Source of the DNA: Alphaproteobacteria bacterium
GTDB taxonomy: Bacteria; Pseudomonadota; Alphaproteobacteria; CAAHEQ01; UBA3637
Direction: 5' to 3'
Assembly: GCA_015062395.1 (NCBI GenBank)
Contig: SUUS01000003.1
Coordinates: 29,203 to 93,202 of the forward strand
DNA length: 64,000 bases
Position numbers and translations under genes: made by a program
The notes under the pieces: model-generated
Seen by the model: the letters and a program-made list of their open reading frames with translations, nothing else
Database searches by the model: none
What the model was told of the DNA's origin: nothing
Shown here: positions 1 to 9,563 of the stretch, one piece after another
Layout of the letters: every line of letters begins with the position of its first letter
Numbering within the stretch: the first letter of the stretch is position 1

Positions 1-102
1 CTTTTGCGCAGAAACGTCTGGTGCTGGCATTGGTTCTGGTGCAACAGGCGTCGTATTTTCTGTTCCCGATTCGGTAGATTCTTTTTTAGATGAAAAAAAC
101 AT
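1..102 (-). CDS. N-terminal end of an unidentified gene that runs off the left edge
   Basis: ATG at 102-100 on the minus strand, preceded by an RBS-like aaagaggtttaatATG. The frame stays open (MFFSSKKESTESGTENTTPVAPEP...) to the window edge. Too short to identify. Confidence 0.3.
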   Translation of the reverse strand, partial: MFFSSKKESTESGTENTTPVAPEPMPAPDVSAQK

Positions 103-123
103 ATTAAACCTCTTTATTTATAG

Positions 124-948
124 TTATTTTCCTAGATTATGCGCCCCTTTTATTAACATATTCTTAATAGAAAGATAAAAAATAACGCCTACATACAAGC
201 TTAAACACACAACAACCACAGATGCGCCTGTTGGTAAATCCGTTTGAAACGAAAAATATATTCCCAAAAAACTGCTGATAATCGCCAATAAAGTCGATAA
301 AATCGCCATTTTTTCAGGTGTTTTTGACAATAATCTGGCTGTCATAGCTGGAATAACAAAAAATGCAGGCGCTAATAATGCGCCCATTAACTTCATTGTT
401 ATCGCGACAAAAAAACCGATGGCTGTAAAAAATAAAAATTGCATCCAAGAAATGTGAATACCTTTTGCTTTTGCTAAATCAGAACTGATGGCTATTAATG
501 TCCATTTATTCCAGCAAAAAATTAAAATCAGACCTAAAATAATGTCTAATGCGCCTATCAATAAAACATCTTGTGCGCCAATCATTAAAACATCCCCAAT
601 AAATGCATGCATCATTGATGCGCCTTCTTTTGCCAGCGCAAAAAATAAAATCGCTAACGCCATAGAAGCTTGCATTAAAAACGCCATAATTGTATCGGTT
701 GTATTTTCGCCTTTTTTACTTAAAAGCCACAAGAAAAAAGCCCAAACAACAGACAATAAAAACAAAGATACATTTTCATTTAAGCCTGTAAAAGCGCCAA
801 AAGCAATCCCTAATAGCGCGCCATGAGATAAAGTATCCCCTAAACAAGCCACTTTATGCCATATCATCTGGCATCCATATGCTCCAGACAACAAAGCAAC
901 CCCCAGTAAAGCCAACATCGGATATAGCATCATTTCAAACATGTGCAA
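124..948 (-). CDS. znuB: Zinc/manganese ABC transporter permease (ABC-3 family, ZnuB-like)
   Basis: Polytopic 274-aa ORF with a ZnuB-like N-terminus (LSGAYGCQMIWHKVACLGDTLSHGALLGIAFG). It lies directly downstream of znuC. The track start is TTG; the ATG at 933 gives an ATGA overlap with the znuC stop. Confidence 0.8.
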   Translation of the reverse strand: MHMFEMMLYPMLALLGVALLSGAYGCQMIWHKVACLGDTLSHGALLGIAFGAFTGLNENVSLFLLSVVWAFFLWLLSKKGENTTDTIMAFLMQASMALAILFFALAKEGASMMHAFIGDVLMIGAQDVLLIGALDIILGLILIFCWNKWTLIAISSDLAKAKGIHISWMQFLFFTAIGFFVAITMKLMGALLAPAFFVIPAMTARLLSKTPEKMAILSTLLAIISSFLGIYFSFQTDLPTGASVVVVCLSLYVGVIFYLSIKNMLIKGAHNLGK

Positions 949-1616
949 ACTTCTCCACTTAACGTATGTATATGATTATGATGGTGTGCATACGGGACCT
1001 TAACAAACAAATCATTGTCTTTGACCTGTTCTGGTTTTCCTTGACAACAAATATGTCTGTTTAAACACAAAACTTTATCAGAACGCGCCAATACAAAATT
1101 TAAATCGTGTGATGCCATTATAATACAGCATCCTGTTTGTTTTTGATAATCAAATATCAACTGGTACATTTGCTGTTCACCTTGGACATCCAATCCTTGA
1201 ATGGGTTCGTCTAAAAGCAATAAATCTGGCTTATCTTGCAGCGCATACGCCAATAATACGCGTTGCATTTCGCCCCCTGATAGTGTTGCCATATCCATAT
1301 TCGATAAATGCCCTGCTCCGACTTGTTTCAAACAAGAAGAGTCATTCAAAAAGCGACCAACCGTCATCGGTAATTCTGTTGGCAAAGATATTTTTTGAGG
1401 CATATATCCTATTTTCAATCCTTTACGTCTTTTGATTTGCCCTGTGGTTGGTTTTTCAACACCTAAAATCAACTTTAATAACGTACTTTTTCCCCCTCCA
1501 TTAGGACCAACCAACGTCGTTAATTGATTTTTACCAAAACATACACTGATATTTTCCAGCAATATCTTGCCTTTAGGTGCAAAAAAAACGTGTCTTAAAC
1601 TAATTTCATTATGCAT
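930..1616 (-). CDS. znuC: Zinc ABC transporter ATP-binding protein (ZnuC-like)
   Basis: Walker A GPNGGGKST, ABC signature LSGGEMQR, Walker B LLLLDEP, and a His-rich C-terminus (YAHHHNHIH). The first ATG is at 1616; the track start at 1643 is TTG. Confidence 0.85.
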   Translation of the reverse strand: MHNEISLRHVFFAPKGKILLENISVCFGKNQLTTLVGPNGGGKSTLLKLILGVEKPTTGQIKRRKGLKIGYMPQKISLPTELPMTVGRFLNDSSCLKQVGAGHLSNMDMATLSGGEMQRVLLAYALQDKPDLLLLDEPIQGLDVQGEQQMYQLIFDYQKQTGCCIIMASHDLNFVLARSDKVLCLNRHICCQGKPEQVKDNDLFVKVPYAHHHNHIHTLSGEVCTCLK

Positions 1617-1690
1617 AATTAAAAAACCTTGCCTGTTTACCAAAGCTATCTTATAATACTTTTAAATAATTTTCAATAAAGGAAAAATCA

Positions 1691-2539
1691 ATGAAACACA
1701 TACTCTTGTTATTTTTATCTTTTTTTGTTTGTCGTCCTGCATTTGCTGATTTAAAAATAGTTGCTTCATTTCCTCCTATTCAATCGTTGGTTTGGAGCAT
1801 TACAGAAAATGTTTATCCTGTGAATGTGCTTATCGCAAATCCAGAACAAGGACATCACGATATCCAATTAAAACCATCACAAATGAAAACACTTAAAGAG
1901 GCCGATATCGTTTTTTGGGTTGATGAAGATTTAGAAAGTTTTATGCCTCAAGCTTTGCAAAGTATAGCCCCTGATGCATTATCAGTGCCTTTATTAAAAC
2001 AAACAGATAACTTAAAATTGGTGCCATCTGTTTTAAATAAAGAAAAAAATGATGTTCATATTTGGATGAATCCGTCAAATGCGATGCAAATGTTGGAAAC
2101 AATCACTGCTGTTTTAAGTCAAAAAGACGTTCAAAATGCTGAAAAATTTGAAGAAAATAAACAAAAAGTTTTATCTTACTTAAATAAATTAAAAGATGAA
2201 AAAAAACCATCCAAAAATAAAAAGTTTTTGGCTTTTCACGATGGTTTTAACTATTTTAATGATTTTTTTGATGTGTCTATTCAAACATTGCCTATACAAG
2301 ATGAAAAAAATATGACACCTGCTGATTTTAAACAATTAAAAGAATATCTTTTAAATGAAAAACCAGCCTGCTCTATTTTAGACCCTTCGCTGTCACGAAA
2401 AGACAGAAAAAAACTTCTTTTGAAAAAAGAACCCGTCATTTATATGGATGCTTTTGCTTGGAAATATGAATTTGGTCCAGCTCATTATTATCAAATGATG
2501 AAAAGAATCCTGCGTGATTTGCGTGAATGTGGAAAATAA
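1691..2539 (+). CDS. znuA: Periplasmic metal (zinc)-binding protein of the ABC transporter (ZnuA/TroA-like)
   Basis: Signal peptide (MKHILLLFLSFFVCRPAFA), followed by LKIVASFPPI and HIWMNP motifs typical of cluster-9 solute-binding proteins. Divergent from znuCB. Confidence 0.75.
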   Translation: MKHILLLFLSFFVCRPAFADLKIVASFPPIQSLVWSITENVYPVNVLIANPEQGHHDIQLKPSQMKTLKEADIVFWVDEDLESFMPQALQSIAPDALSVPLLKQTDNLKLVPSVLNKEKNDVHIWMNPSNAMQMLETITAVLSQKDVQNAEKFEENKQKVLSYLNKLKDEKKPSKNKKFLAFHDGFNYFNDFFDVSIQTLPIQDEKNMTPADFKQLKEYLLNEKPACSILDPSLSRKDRKKLLLKKEPVIYMDAFAWKYEFGPAHYYQMMKRILRDLRECGK

Positions 2540-2540
2540 A

Positions 2541-3566
2541 TTAGCGACAAAACTTTTTGCCACCTTGACATAACGAAGCCAAAAAGCGTGTTAATACCAA
2601 CTCATCAGGCAGTCCTGATTTGCTGTTTTTTTCAGCCTCTATGGTCATTTTTTGAGCTTCGACTGTAAAATTAACAGGCCAAGATAAAACAATTTTTTTC
2701 CATAAATCTGCATATTTAAATGATATAAATGGAGGCGTTTTTTTAATCGCTTCATCTGCTTTTAATCCTGCTTCCATCCACGCTTGAACACGCAAAAGCT
2801 GATTGATTTTTAACAAAAAAGAACGAATAATTGCTACGCAAGATGTTCCTTCTTCCAATAACAGCATCATTTTCTTTTGTGCCAACATAGCATCGCCAGA
2901 TAACGCGCTCATCAACAATTCTTCCATTGATGTTGGTGCAAAACCTGCAAAACAAGCCATCACATCATCCAATGTAATTTTTTTATCATCACCTTTGTAA
3001 AGCATCAACTTATCCAATTCAGATAAGGTTGCACCTTTATCTGCTCCCAAAGATTCCATTAAAAAACTTAATGCCTCGGGCAAAATTGTAAAACCATTGT
3101 TTTGAAGCGTTTGAGATATCGTTTGACGTAATTGAGCGCCCTCTTCCAAATAAAATCCCAATGCACAAGCATTAGGCAGATCATTGATTAACGTCACTGT
3201 TTTTGATTTCGTATTAAACGAATCCGATGTAATGATTAAAACAGGCGTATCTGAATTGGCATTGCTGATATAAGCATCTAATTGGTCCAATAAATTATCT
3301 GGTGGATTTTTTAACCATAAAATGCGTTTTGAGGCAAATAAAGAATTAGAAGCACCTTCTTCATTTAATCTGTACGGATTTTCCTTTAACGACTCTGCAG
3401 TTAAAATAATGACATCTGCTTGCGTATCTTGGCGCTTAATAAACGAAATAACTTGGTCGGCCCCATGACGAATCGCCCCTAAATCTGCGCCATAAAATAA
3501 AAATGCAAAGACAGACTTTCCAGCCTTTGCAATACTATCGTCCAATTGATACGCTTTTAATTTCAT
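2541..3566 (-). CDS. holA: DNA polymerase III delta subunit
   Basis: 341 aa with a HolA-like N-terminus (FAFLFYGADLGAIRHGADQV). Sits in the conserved leuS-lptE-holA order and overlaps the upstream lptE by 4 nt. Confidence 0.75.
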   Translation of the reverse strand: MKLKAYQLDDSIAKAGKSVFAFLFYGADLGAIRHGADQVISFIKRQDTQADVIILTAESLKENPYRLNEEGASNSLFASKRILWLKNPPDNLLDQLDAYISNANSDTPVLIITSDSFNTKSKTVTLINDLPNACALGFYLEEGAQLRQTISQTLQNNGFTILPEALSFLMESLGADKGATLSELDKLMLYKGDDKKITLDDVMACFAGFAPTSMEELLMSALSGDAMLAQKKMMLLLEEGTSCVAIIRSFLLKINQLLRVQAWMEAGLKADEAIKKTPPFISFKYADLWKKIVLSWPVNFTVEAQKMTIEAEKNSKSGLPDELVLTRFLASLCQGGKKFCR

Positions 3567-4057
3567 TTATCATTCTCTTTGTTAAAGAAAACAGCCAACC
3601 GTATAGAAATGTTATTTGCTAAAACTTCTAACAACCTTTTTCTTGTTGTATTTTCAGCCGTCACAGTTGGATAAGGTAACATCAAAACGTTATAACTGGA
3701 TGTTGAAAACGCATTTTCTTGTAATAAAACCTTTTGCCCTTCTTTTAAGGTAAAATTAGCTGTTATGCGCATTGTTGCACGAGTCGATGTATTATCCCCT
3801 AAAATACCTTGGTCATCATCAATACTTTCTTTCAAAGAAATAGATAAACTATATTTTTTTTCAACATCTTCATTTTCTGGATTGAGTAAATCTTTTAGTT
3901 TATTAACTAAAATACGCCCACTTTCTTGTGCAACAGGTAAAATATCTATCGCAGCTGTTTGAGCCGTCACATCCGTTTTTTCTTGATAATAAAGAGGTTG
4001 AAATGAACATCCTCCCAAAATCAAACAAAATAAAAATATCAATTTTTTATACAACAA
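3563..4057 (-). CDS. lptE: LPS-assembly lipoprotein LptE
   Basis: Lipobox LILGGC followed by SFQPLY, size of 164 aa, and position between the leuS-like ORF and holA. Confidence 0.7.
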   Translation of the reverse strand: MLYKKLIFLFCLILGGCSFQPLYYQEKTDVTAQTAAIDILPVAQESGRILVNKLKDLLNPENEDVEKKYSLSISLKESIDDDQGILGDNTSTRATMRITANFTLKEGQKVLLQENAFSTSSYNVLMLPYPTVTAENTTRKRLLEVLANNISIRLAVFFNKENDK

Positions 4058-4808
4058 AGTTTAATCCCTTTCCTTGAACATGAACTACATTTTTAACTGG
4101 CTTATTTTGTATTTTATGTTGAACCAAATCAAAAGACAAGGCTTCTTGTTGAATTTCATCAACATTTTGAGTATTTTTCGGAAAAAATTGCATGACTTTT
4201 TTACCATTTACCTCGATAAAATAAGAAGATGGAACATCTAAAGAATTGATATAACTCCAAAATTCTGCCATTTTTGAATGAATATCCGAACAAATACTTT
4301 GAATTAAATGAGGCATAAACGGATACAAACAAAACAAACAAGCAGGTTGAATTTGCTCGTTTAACACTGTTTTTAAACAAATCCAAGCGCTTTTAAAATC
4401 TTTTTTTTGAATACATGAAATAAATGGGTAAAAAACAGGTTGATTTATTTGTTCCAAATCGGGTAGTTGAAAACCACGCAAAGAAAGCCACAATTTATCA
4501 ACCAATTTCCACATCGCAGACTTTTGTTCGCTCGCAAGAGGTTGTTTATTTTCCAACAAAGCCACTCGAAGAGCATCAACACCATAATTCGTGCAATCTT
4601 CTTGAAATTGCGCCAACGAATCATCTGTCACAGAAACTCTGATTCCCAAAAACGCCAAATCAGATGTCCCTCTCGTAAAGGAAATACCCATCATTCTTGC
4701 TGTTATATCTGCTAATAATGCAGATGTTTCATGGTAATCGAATAATTTATTTTGCTCGATTTGAGCAATTTTAAATTCATTATATCTAAATGCATATCTA
4801 TCAGTCAT
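4047..4808 (-). CDS. LeuS C-terminal region-like protein (anticodon-binding plus C-terminal domain only; catalytic and editing domains absent)
   Basis: 253-aa ORF matching the last third of leucyl-tRNA synthetase. Matching segments: YGVDALRVALL (cf. YGADxxRLxxMF), PFMPHLIQSI (cf. PFxPHxxEELW), and the C-terminal IEVNGKKV...VVHVQGKGLNFVV (cf. VQVNGKxR...VIxVPGKLxNxVV). Only 59 bp separate its start from the divergent miaA. Confidence 0.55.
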   Translation of the reverse strand: MTDRYAFRYNEFKIAQIEQNKLFDYHETSALLADITARMMGISFTRGTSDLAFLGIRVSVTDDSLAQFQEDCTNYGVDALRVALLENKQPLASEQKSAMWKLVDKLWLSLRGFQLPDLEQINQPVFYPFISCIQKKDFKSAWICLKTVLNEQIQPACLFCLYPFMPHLIQSICSDIHSKMAEFWSYINSLDVPSSYFIEVNGKKVMQFFPKNTQNVDEIQQEALSFDLVQHKIQNKPVKNVVHVQGKGLNFVV

Positions 4809-4867
4809 GCGCCTTATATAACATACTTTTAACTTTTTAGAAAGAAAAAAGCGTTATTTTTATTTCT

Positions 4868-5731
4868 ATGACAAAAAAAATTTACATAATAGCTGGTCCG
4901 ACAGCTTCTGGAAAAACAAAAATCGGGATTGATTTGGCCAAACAATTGGGCGGTCAAATCATTAACGCAGATTCAATTCAAGTCTATCAAGATGTGCCTT
5001 TATTAACAGCTCGTCCTACAGATGAAGAAATGAATACCGTTAAGCACCATCTGTTCGGTTATTTAGACGCAAAACAAAATAACAGCGTGAATGACTGGCT
5101 TTTAAAAGTTTCAGATATTATCGATGATATTGAAGTTCCTGTTTTTGTTGGAGGAACTGGACTTTATATCAAATCACTGATGGAAGGATTATCTGATATT
5201 CCAGAAATTCCAGAACAAATTCGTTATCAAGTTCGAAAAATGTCCATCAAAGAATTAAAAGAAGCTCTTCCTAATGCAAAATTTACAGACCCTCAACGTT
5301 TGATGCGTGCTTTGGAAGTATTCAAAGCAACTGGTAAAACATTAGATTGGTGGTATGAACAACCCAAAAAACAATTTATCAAAAATGCAGAATTTAAAAC
5401 CATTGTTTTACTGCCAGAAAGGGAAAAATTGTATTCACAATGTAATTACAGATTTGAAAAAATGATGTCCTCTGGTGCGTTAAGACAAGTTGTTGAATTA
5501 ATTCAAAAAAATCCACAAATGGATGGGGGCGTTTTCCAAGCATTAGGTGTTTTGGATTTAATTTCATTCATTCAAGGAAATCAAACATTGGAATCAGCTA
5601 TAAAACACGCGCAACAATTAACGCGTAATTATGCTAAACGCCAAATGACATGGTTCAGACATCAACTTAAGGCAGATTTATTATTAAAAGAACCTGTATT
5701 GCCTGAAAACATCGAAACTTTGTTAAAATAA
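4868..5731 (+). CDS. miaA: tRNA dimethylallyltransferase
   Basis: P-loop GPTASGKT near the N-terminus, SIQVYQDVPLLTARPT, and NYAKRQMTWFR near the C-terminus. Confidence 0.9.
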   Translation: MTKKIYIIAGPTASGKTKIGIDLAKQLGGQIINADSIQVYQDVPLLTARPTDEEMNTVKHHLFGYLDAKQNNSVNDWLLKVSDIIDDIEVPVFVGGTGLYIKSLMEGLSDIPEIPEQIRYQVRKMSIKELKEALPNAKFTDPQRLMRALEVFKATGKTLDWWYEQPKKQFIKNAEFKTIVLLPEREKLYSQCNYRFEKMMSSGALRQVVELIQKNPQMDGGVFQALGVLDLISFIQGNQTLESAIKHAQQLTRNYAKRQMTWFRHQLKADLLLKEPVLPENIETLLK

Positions 5732-5734
5732 ATT

Positions 5735-6655
5735 TTATTTTGGATATTCGGATTTATCCCATCTGTGGTGTATCCACAGCCATTGTTCAGGCTTTTCACG
5801 AATCCATTCTTCCAACATTTGATTAATTTTTAACATCAAATCATATGTATCTTTTGTTTTATCGCCTGTATCCACAGGTTTTATGATTGGATAGTAATAA
5901 CATACATAATTACAATTTTCATCACGAACAACTCTAGCAGGTAAAATAGGTAAATCAAATTTCAAGGAAAGTGTTGCAATAGCTGGAGCCGTTTTTGCCA
6001 AATGCCCAAAAAATGGCACATCAATTCCTTCTCTTAATTTTTGGTCGCATAAAATACCAATATGTTCATTATTTTTCAACAACTCTATCATTTGTTTTGC
6101 ACCGGCAGATCCTTTAGGAATAATTTGAACACCTCCAAAATGGCGATTTTGGAAAATATATTTTTCAATCCAAGGATTATTTGCAGCCCTGTAAACTAAA
6201 TGCAAAGGAACACCCAATGATGTAGTTAAAGGACCTGCTAATTCCCAATTTCCAACATGTCCTGAAGCTAAAAAACCACCTTTACCATCTTTTTTGATTA
6301 ATTCTAAATGCTCTGCCCCTTCAACTTTTATATTTTTTATCAACTTCGATGCATTGGGCATTTCTCCAATCATACGGCCAAAATGTATCCACATTTTATT
6401 GGCTATATCCAAACGTTCTTCATCAGATTTTTCAGGAAAACACTTTTTTAAATTATAAAGCGCTATTTTATGTTTTTTAGGCATTACATACTTTAAAATT
6501 TTGCCTAAATTCGCCCCCATTCCTGAAGATACCTTCAAAGGCAGTATTTTCATAAAATTCCATAAAAAAAGAACAACAACAGCCACTAAAGGGTCTTTGA
6601 TAAAACGCTCGTGCCATTTTCGTTGAGCCACTTTAACATTCAAATTACTTTTCAT
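5735..6655 (-). CDS. lpxL: Lipid A biosynthesis lauroyl/late acyltransferase (LpxL/HtrB family)
   Basis: HX4E-type motif GHVGNWEL and C-terminal PEQWLWIHHRW. Forms an operon with lpxK and waaA. Confidence 0.75.
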   Translation of the reverse strand: MKSNLNVKVAQRKWHERFIKDPLVAVVVLFLWNFMKILPLKVSSGMGANLGKILKYVMPKKHKIALYNLKKCFPEKSDEERLDIANKMWIHFGRMIGEMPNASKLIKNIKVEGAEHLELIKKDGKGGFLASGHVGNWELAGPLTTSLGVPLHLVYRAANNPWIEKYIFQNRHFGGVQIIPKGSAGAKQMIELLKNNEHIGILCDQKLREGIDVPFFGHLAKTAPAIATLSLKFDLPILPARVVRDENCNYVCYYYPIIKPVDTGDKTKDTYDLMLKINQMLEEWIREKPEQWLWIHHRWDKSEYPK

Positions 6656-7608
6656 TTTATTTTTCCATTTATTACTTTTTCCCAGTTTTGCGTATCATCC
6701 CAAACAAAATCTATATCCACAACTGTTAATTTTGCACGCAAATCTGCATCAATTTTGACTGCATCTTTCATTGTTGTAAATAACGGTTGTTTATACGCTA
6801 ATAACTTTTCAATATCTGAACGCTTATAAGCATAATGATCTGGAAATGATATTTTTTCAGATAATTGAACACCATATTTTTCCAACATCGAAAAAAACTT
6901 TTCAGGGTATCCTATACCCGCAAAAGCAATTCCTTTTAAACCTTTTAAATTGACATTAGGCTCAACATGCCCAAATAAAACAGGCATTTTAGGATATATT
7001 TTTTTGATTTTTTGCTCTAATCCCGTTAAATCTGCTCCAACAATCACAGCTGCATCAGCGCGTTTCAAGCCTTGTTTTAAGCTTTCTCGCAAAGGACCAG
7101 CAGGCATACAAAAACCATTTCCAATCCCTTTTTTGCCATCAAAAACAACAAAAGATAATGTTTTATAAACAGATGGATTTTGAAAACCATCATCCATAAT
7201 AATTATATCAGCGCCTAAATTTAAAGCTTTTTGAGCGCCTTTTTTTCGGTCTTTATTGATAATGGTTGGCAATTTTGATGCAAAAATCATTGCTTCATCA
7301 GAAACATCCGATGCATTATGCACTGATAAATCTACAACAATATCTTGTAATTTACTTTTATAACCATGATTTAAGAAAAAAACGTTTTTACCTTGCTTAA
7401 TAAAATAATCAGCCAAAGATAAACTCAATGGCGTTTTTCCCGTTCCACCAACACAGATATTTCCAACACAAACAACGGGAACTTCTGGCTTATAGGGTTT
7501 ATTATGGTTCAGGCGATATGCAACAATTTTTTCATAAACAATACCAAGTGGAGATAAAATCTTTCCAAAAACACTGTTATTTTTATGCCAAAAGTCAGGT
7601 TGTTTCAT
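6652..7608 (-). CDS. lpxK: Tetraacyldisaccharide 4'-kinase
   Basis: P-loop GNICVGGTGKTP, size of 318 aa, and position between waaA and lpxL. Confidence 0.85.
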   Translation of the reverse strand: MKQPDFWHKNNSVFGKILSPLGIVYEKIVAYRLNHNKPYKPEVPVVCVGNICVGGTGKTPLSLSLADYFIKQGKNVFFLNHGYKSKLQDIVVDLSVHNASDVSDEAMIFASKLPTIINKDRKKGAQKALNLGADIIIMDDGFQNPSVYKTLSFVVFDGKKGIGNGFCMPAGPLRESLKQGLKRADAAVIVGADLTGLEQKIKKIYPKMPVLFGHVEPNVNLKGLKGIAFAGIGYPEKFFSMLEKYGVQLSEKISFPDHYAYKRSDIEKLLAYKQPLFTTMKDAVKIDADLRAKLTVVDIDFVWDDTQNWEKVINGKIK

Positions 7609-8862
7609 TTATTTCTCCAAAAACGGGGTTAAAACTTTTACGATACGTTCCAAAACAGCCGTTTCACTGTTTGCTAAATCTTCACCACTTTGTCGAATTT
7701 GGTTTAATCGAGTTTTATCTTCATAGATTTGCATCAATTTTTCAGCCAATTCGGTATTGTTTTTTACTTCTATAATTGCTTGTTGTTTTTTAGCCTTTCG
7801 GATAATTTCTTTAAAGTTAAAAGTATGTGGACCAACGAAAGTGCAAGCTCCTATACGCATTGGTTCTAACATATTTTGCCCACCAAATTCGACCAAAGAC
7901 CCTCCAACAAAAACCAAATTTGACAAACGGTAAAACAATCCCATTTCGCCAATTGTATCGCCCAAAAAGATATCTGCTTTCAAATTTTGACGTTTCGAGC
8001 GACGATGAACAACCCAACCTTTTTCTTGAATTTGTTTTGCTAACTCCTCACAACGTTCTGGATGTCTGGGAACAATGATGGTCAATAATCCTTTATATTT
8101 TTTAGAAAGCTTTTCATGGATTTCAATGGCCTGCATTTCCTCGTTATCGTGTGTAGAACCAGCAACCCAAACAAAGCGCCCTTTTATTTGCGATTTTAAG
8201 TTTTTTAATTCTTCTTCATTATACGGGGCAGGAACTGCTGAAAATTTGATATTACCAACACAATCAGTCTGTTTAAATCCCAATTCTTTCATTCTTTTAG
8301 CATCTTCATCCGTTTGTCCCAAACCAAAAGTAAATTTGCTTAACAAAGGTTTGATAAAAAAAGGTAATTTTTTCCAGCTGTTATAAGATTTATCAGATAT
8401 GCGACCATTTAACAAAATCATAGGAATTTTTGCCTTGTGTGCATCAATCAACATATTAGGCCAAAAATCTGATTCAAAAAACATCCCAATATCTGGTTTA
8501 AAGTGCTTAACAAAACGTTTTGTATATTTAGGCAAATCAACAGGTATAAATTGATGGAAAGCCCCTTTAGGTAGCCTTTTTTGCATCAAATTTGCAGATG
8601 TCACAGTTCCAGAAGTCACCATAACATGCGTATCTGGTAATTGCACCAGATAATTAACCAAAGGCATCATAGATAAGCATTCACCTACACTTGCTCCATG
8701 CAACCAAATCAAACGCCCTTCAGGCCTTTTTTTTGTATAAAAACCTTTACGTTCCTTACCCCTTATTAAATCTTCTTTACCGATACGTTTGCGTTTTTCA
8801 AGTAAACACCATACAAAAGGGTATGCCAAATGAGTGACTGAACGATATAAAGATAAAACCAT
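7609..8862 (-). CDS. waaA: 3-deoxy-D-manno-octulosonic acid (Kdo) transferase
   Basis: WLHGASVGE motif, size of 417 aa, and adjacency to lpxK. Confidence 0.85.
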   Translation of the reverse strand: MVLSLYRSVTHLAYPFVWCLLEKRKRIGKEDLIRGKERKGFYTKKRPEGRLIWLHGASVGECLSMMPLVNYLVQLPDTHVMVTSGTVTSANLMQKRLPKGAFHQFIPVDLPKYTKRFVKHFKPDIGMFFESDFWPNMLIDAHKAKIPMILLNGRISDKSYNSWKKLPFFIKPLLSKFTFGLGQTDEDAKRMKELGFKQTDCVGNIKFSAVPAPYNEEELKNLKSQIKGRFVWVAGSTHDNEEMQAIEIHEKLSKKYKGLLTIIVPRHPERCEELAKQIQEKGWVVHRRSKRQNLKADIFLGDTIGEMGLFYRLSNLVFVGGSLVEFGGQNMLEPMRIGACTFVGPHTFNFKEIIRKAKKQQAIIEVKNNTELAEKLMQIYEDKTRLNQIRQSGEDLANSETAVLERIVKVLTPFLEK

Positions 8863-8958
8863 TTATAAAAAACTTTCAATAAAACTTGCCTTTTTTTTAA
8901 ATATCATACAAACTAAAATCATAAATTGCAAGTTTTTATCAAATAGGGATAAAAAATA

Positions 8959-9552
8959 ATGATTATTTTTGTTAAAAATGAATTGCTTTGCGCAACGTAT
9001 AATGAGCTTTTAAAGGAGTATAATCCTACAGTTTTTCATCAAAAAAACACTTTTTTATCAGCATTATCTGATGCCAAATTAGCAATTATTGATGAAGATA
9101 TTGATATTTTAACTCAAGTTATTCAATCCAATTTAAACTTAAGCATTTTATTTATCGCAAAAAATGCGCCAGATTTTGAAGAAATTTCATATTTACAAAA
9201 ACCTATATCCAGTTCATTATTATTATCAAAAGTGAATTTATTATGGTCTAGAATTCAAAAAGGAATGCTATCTTGTTTTTCAACTTCACATTATACCTTT
9301 AATGCGATATCAAAAAAATTAAATGATATTAACTTAACACCCAAAGAAGCTGAAATGATTGAATACTTATATGAAAACAAAGGAAAAATAATTTCAAAAG
9401 AAGAACTTTTAAAGCAAATTTTTGGTTATAAAGACGGTGTTGAAACTCATACAGTAGAAACACACATTTATAAATTAAGACAAAAAATAAATGATGATGA
9501 AAACGGCTTAATATCAACGAAAGAGGGTGGTTATACCATCAACTTAACGTAA
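8959..9552 (+). CDS. OmpR/PhoB-type winged-helix transcriptional regulator with a degenerate receiver-like N-terminus
   Basis: The C-terminus LTPKEAEMIEYLYENKGKIISKEELLKQIFGY...VETHIYKLRQKI...GGYTI is a trans_reg_C-type domain. The N-terminal 100 aa is receiver-like (LAIIDEDI, YLQKP) but lacks the acidic pair at the beta1 end (IIFVKNE). Confidence 0.6.
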   Translation: MIIFVKNELLCATYNELLKEYNPTVFHQKNTFLSALSDAKLAIIDEDIDILTQVIQSNLNLSILFIAKNAPDFEEISYLQKPISSSLLLSKVNLLWSRIQKGMLSCFSTSHYTFNAISKKLNDINLTPKEAEMIEYLYENKGKIISKEELLKQIFGYKDGVETHTVETHIYKLRQKINDDENGLISTKEGGYTINLT

Positions 9553-9563
9553 ATACTTTGTAT

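Noticed and set aside
1644-1690. Zur box in the divergent znuC/znuA intergenic region.
   Set aside because: I expected a palindromic Zur operator, but I could not find a convincing inverted repeat by eye in this 47-bp A/T-rich spacer. No claim is made.
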